Source: Octopus sinensis
Lineage: Eukaryota
Length of the DNA stretch: 64,000 nt
NCBI RefSeq assembly: GCF_006345805.1
Contig: NC_043005.1
Location: 102,548,001-102,612,000 of the forward strand
Direction of reading: 5' to 3'
The notes under the pieces were generated by a model. It saw only the letters and a program-made list of their open reading frames with translations, was not told the DNA's origin and made no database searches. Of this stretch, positions 62,323 to 64,000 are shown one piece after another. Within the stretch, counting starts at the first letter, position 1; each line of letters begins with the position of its first letter. Made by a program: the position numbers and the translations under genes.

Positions 62323-63447
62323 TATATATATAAGGCCAACAAGGGTACGGACGCCGCTATATATATATGTTTACATTTATTTAAAGGACAAGATATATAT
62401 CTTTAAGTGTTACTGAGAGTTTCATATGTTTATATATATACATATATATGTATATAATCTCCTGCGGTCGTAACTTTTGCAAGTTTTATGACTATCTGTT
62501 TCATACTTCCTTCTCAGGTCGTTACTGTTTATATGGGACAGTATCATTACCAAATCTATCGCAAACTTTTCAAAGCCTTCGTAGTCTAAACTTTTGAGAG
62601 TGTTAATGGTGTGTTAGTTCTAACATCACTCCATTTGATTAATGTACCCATTACCGCTGGAATTTGAATATGTGACCGTTATATTTATAAATCACCAGCC
62701 AGAGGTTATTTATTGTTCGTTGTGTTTAGACTTAATCTCTAGATGACTCAACACTCATATAACACCGAGAATTTGCAAATGTACTGAAACACATGTCACA
62801 TAGATAACACGACAGAAACTTCCCGACTGAAATGGACGATTATTGATAGAAAAAATACTCAGAGACCTGTGGCAATACTTAAACACGGAGATTGCACACA
62901 CAGATATGTGTGTGCACGCACGCTCACAAACATACACTTGAAAGGGTATAAGCAGTGCTGTCATTAGCAATACTTCTTATTATCTGTACAATATTGCTTT
63001 AATGAATTAGTATCAGTGGTTTACTTCAAAAACTTGATAGAGTTAGTTTTGAATTTGGTGTCAGTCTCTGGAGGGAGTTTATGCTGCTGGTCACTGATTC
63101 TAAGCGGGGTCGTGAGATTTATAGTCAGTTGAAAGAAGATATTTCAATCAACTGCTCTGCATATTTTTTTTTTTTTTCGATTTAATCTAATAAATTATGA
63201 TGTATCTCCAACCACTTGTACAACTGACACTTCCAGTTTGGATGTAAATTTTTCTCCGGAAGCCTAATTGAGTTACATACAGTTCTGATTGGCCAATAAC
63301 TCTCACGGTTGATTATATATTGAATTGTTTTTATTTCTGATGCGGATTTGCATATGCTGCTAGATTTGCTAATATGACAGCGTATCAATATATTGATCTA
63401 AACATGAGCCTTCAGCTTGAGTAACTGATTGGTTATTATTTGGTGTA

Positions 63448-63849
63448 TTCTTTTACTCTTTTAATGGTTTCAATCATTTGACTGCGGCCATGCTGGAGCA
63501 CCGCCTTCAGTCGAGCAAATCGACCCCCGGACTTATTATTTCTAAGCCTAGTACTTATTCTATCGGTCTGTTTTGCCGAACCGCTAAGTTGCGGGGACGT
63601 AAACACACCAGCATATGTTGTCAAGCGTTGTTGGGGGGACCAAACACAGACACACAAACACACACACATATATATGTACATATATACGACGGGCTTCTTT
63701 CAGTTTCCGTCTACCAAATCCACTCACAAGGCTTTGGTCGGCCCGAGGCTATAGTGGGAGACACTTGCCCAAAGTGCCACGCAGTGGGACTGAACCCAGA
63801 ACCATGTGGTTGGTAATCAAGCTACTTACCACACAACCACTCCTGCGCC
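63448..63849 (-). mobile_element. SINE family A, full length, young-looking
   Basis: Close reverse complement of 46160-46631, ending CCACTCCTGCGCC. Confidence 0.92.
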
Positions 63850-64000
63850 TGCACATCTTAAATAAATAGAGATTCGAAGTTATGTTACAATAGTAAATCA
63901 CTTAATGATAAGTTGTAACGATACCATATACTGATAGTACAGCGCATTTGGATGTTCAGTTCAAGCTCGGAAATATTTGGATTAGGTAAATTTCTGACAT

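Noticed and set aside
62405-62470. Minus-strand GAAAC-TCTCA-GT-A with upstream CAGGAGA
   Set aside because: Core has two substitutions, stem II is microsatellite and there is no stem I. Possibly a dead motif, but not supportable.

Overview
Eukaryotic, very AT-rich, repeat-dominated intronic or intergenic DNA. It is most likely from an octopus, judged from SINE and other repeat families I recognise from memory; no database search was run. There is no long intact protein-coding gene, RNA gene or CRISPR array, and almost all ORFs in the supplied track are microsatellite translations or antisense transposon frames. The window holds: (1) many copies of two tRNA-derived SINE families, one of which also moves as a dimer with its own target-site duplication (TSD); (2) at least five decayed or internally deleted mariner transposases and several Tc1/mariner MITEs; (3) two non-autonomous Helitrons, a CR1/L2-type LINE 3' fragment and a probable 1-kb solo LTR; (4) Penelope-like element (PLE) relics including a clear GIY-YIG C-terminus; (5) a few weak candidate micro-exons of an unidentified host gene. 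The most striking signal is about a dozen hammerhead-ribozyme-like motifs from at least six sequence families, mostly in short PLE-terminal-like elements abutting (TA)n/(CA)n tracts. Most have the short palindromic stem III typical of PLE hammerheads that cleave as dimers. One two-copy family has a swapped G3:C8 core, and several long fold-back palindromes are centred on or next to the ribozyme motif. All structures were folded by eye, and many coordinates at element edges are approximate.
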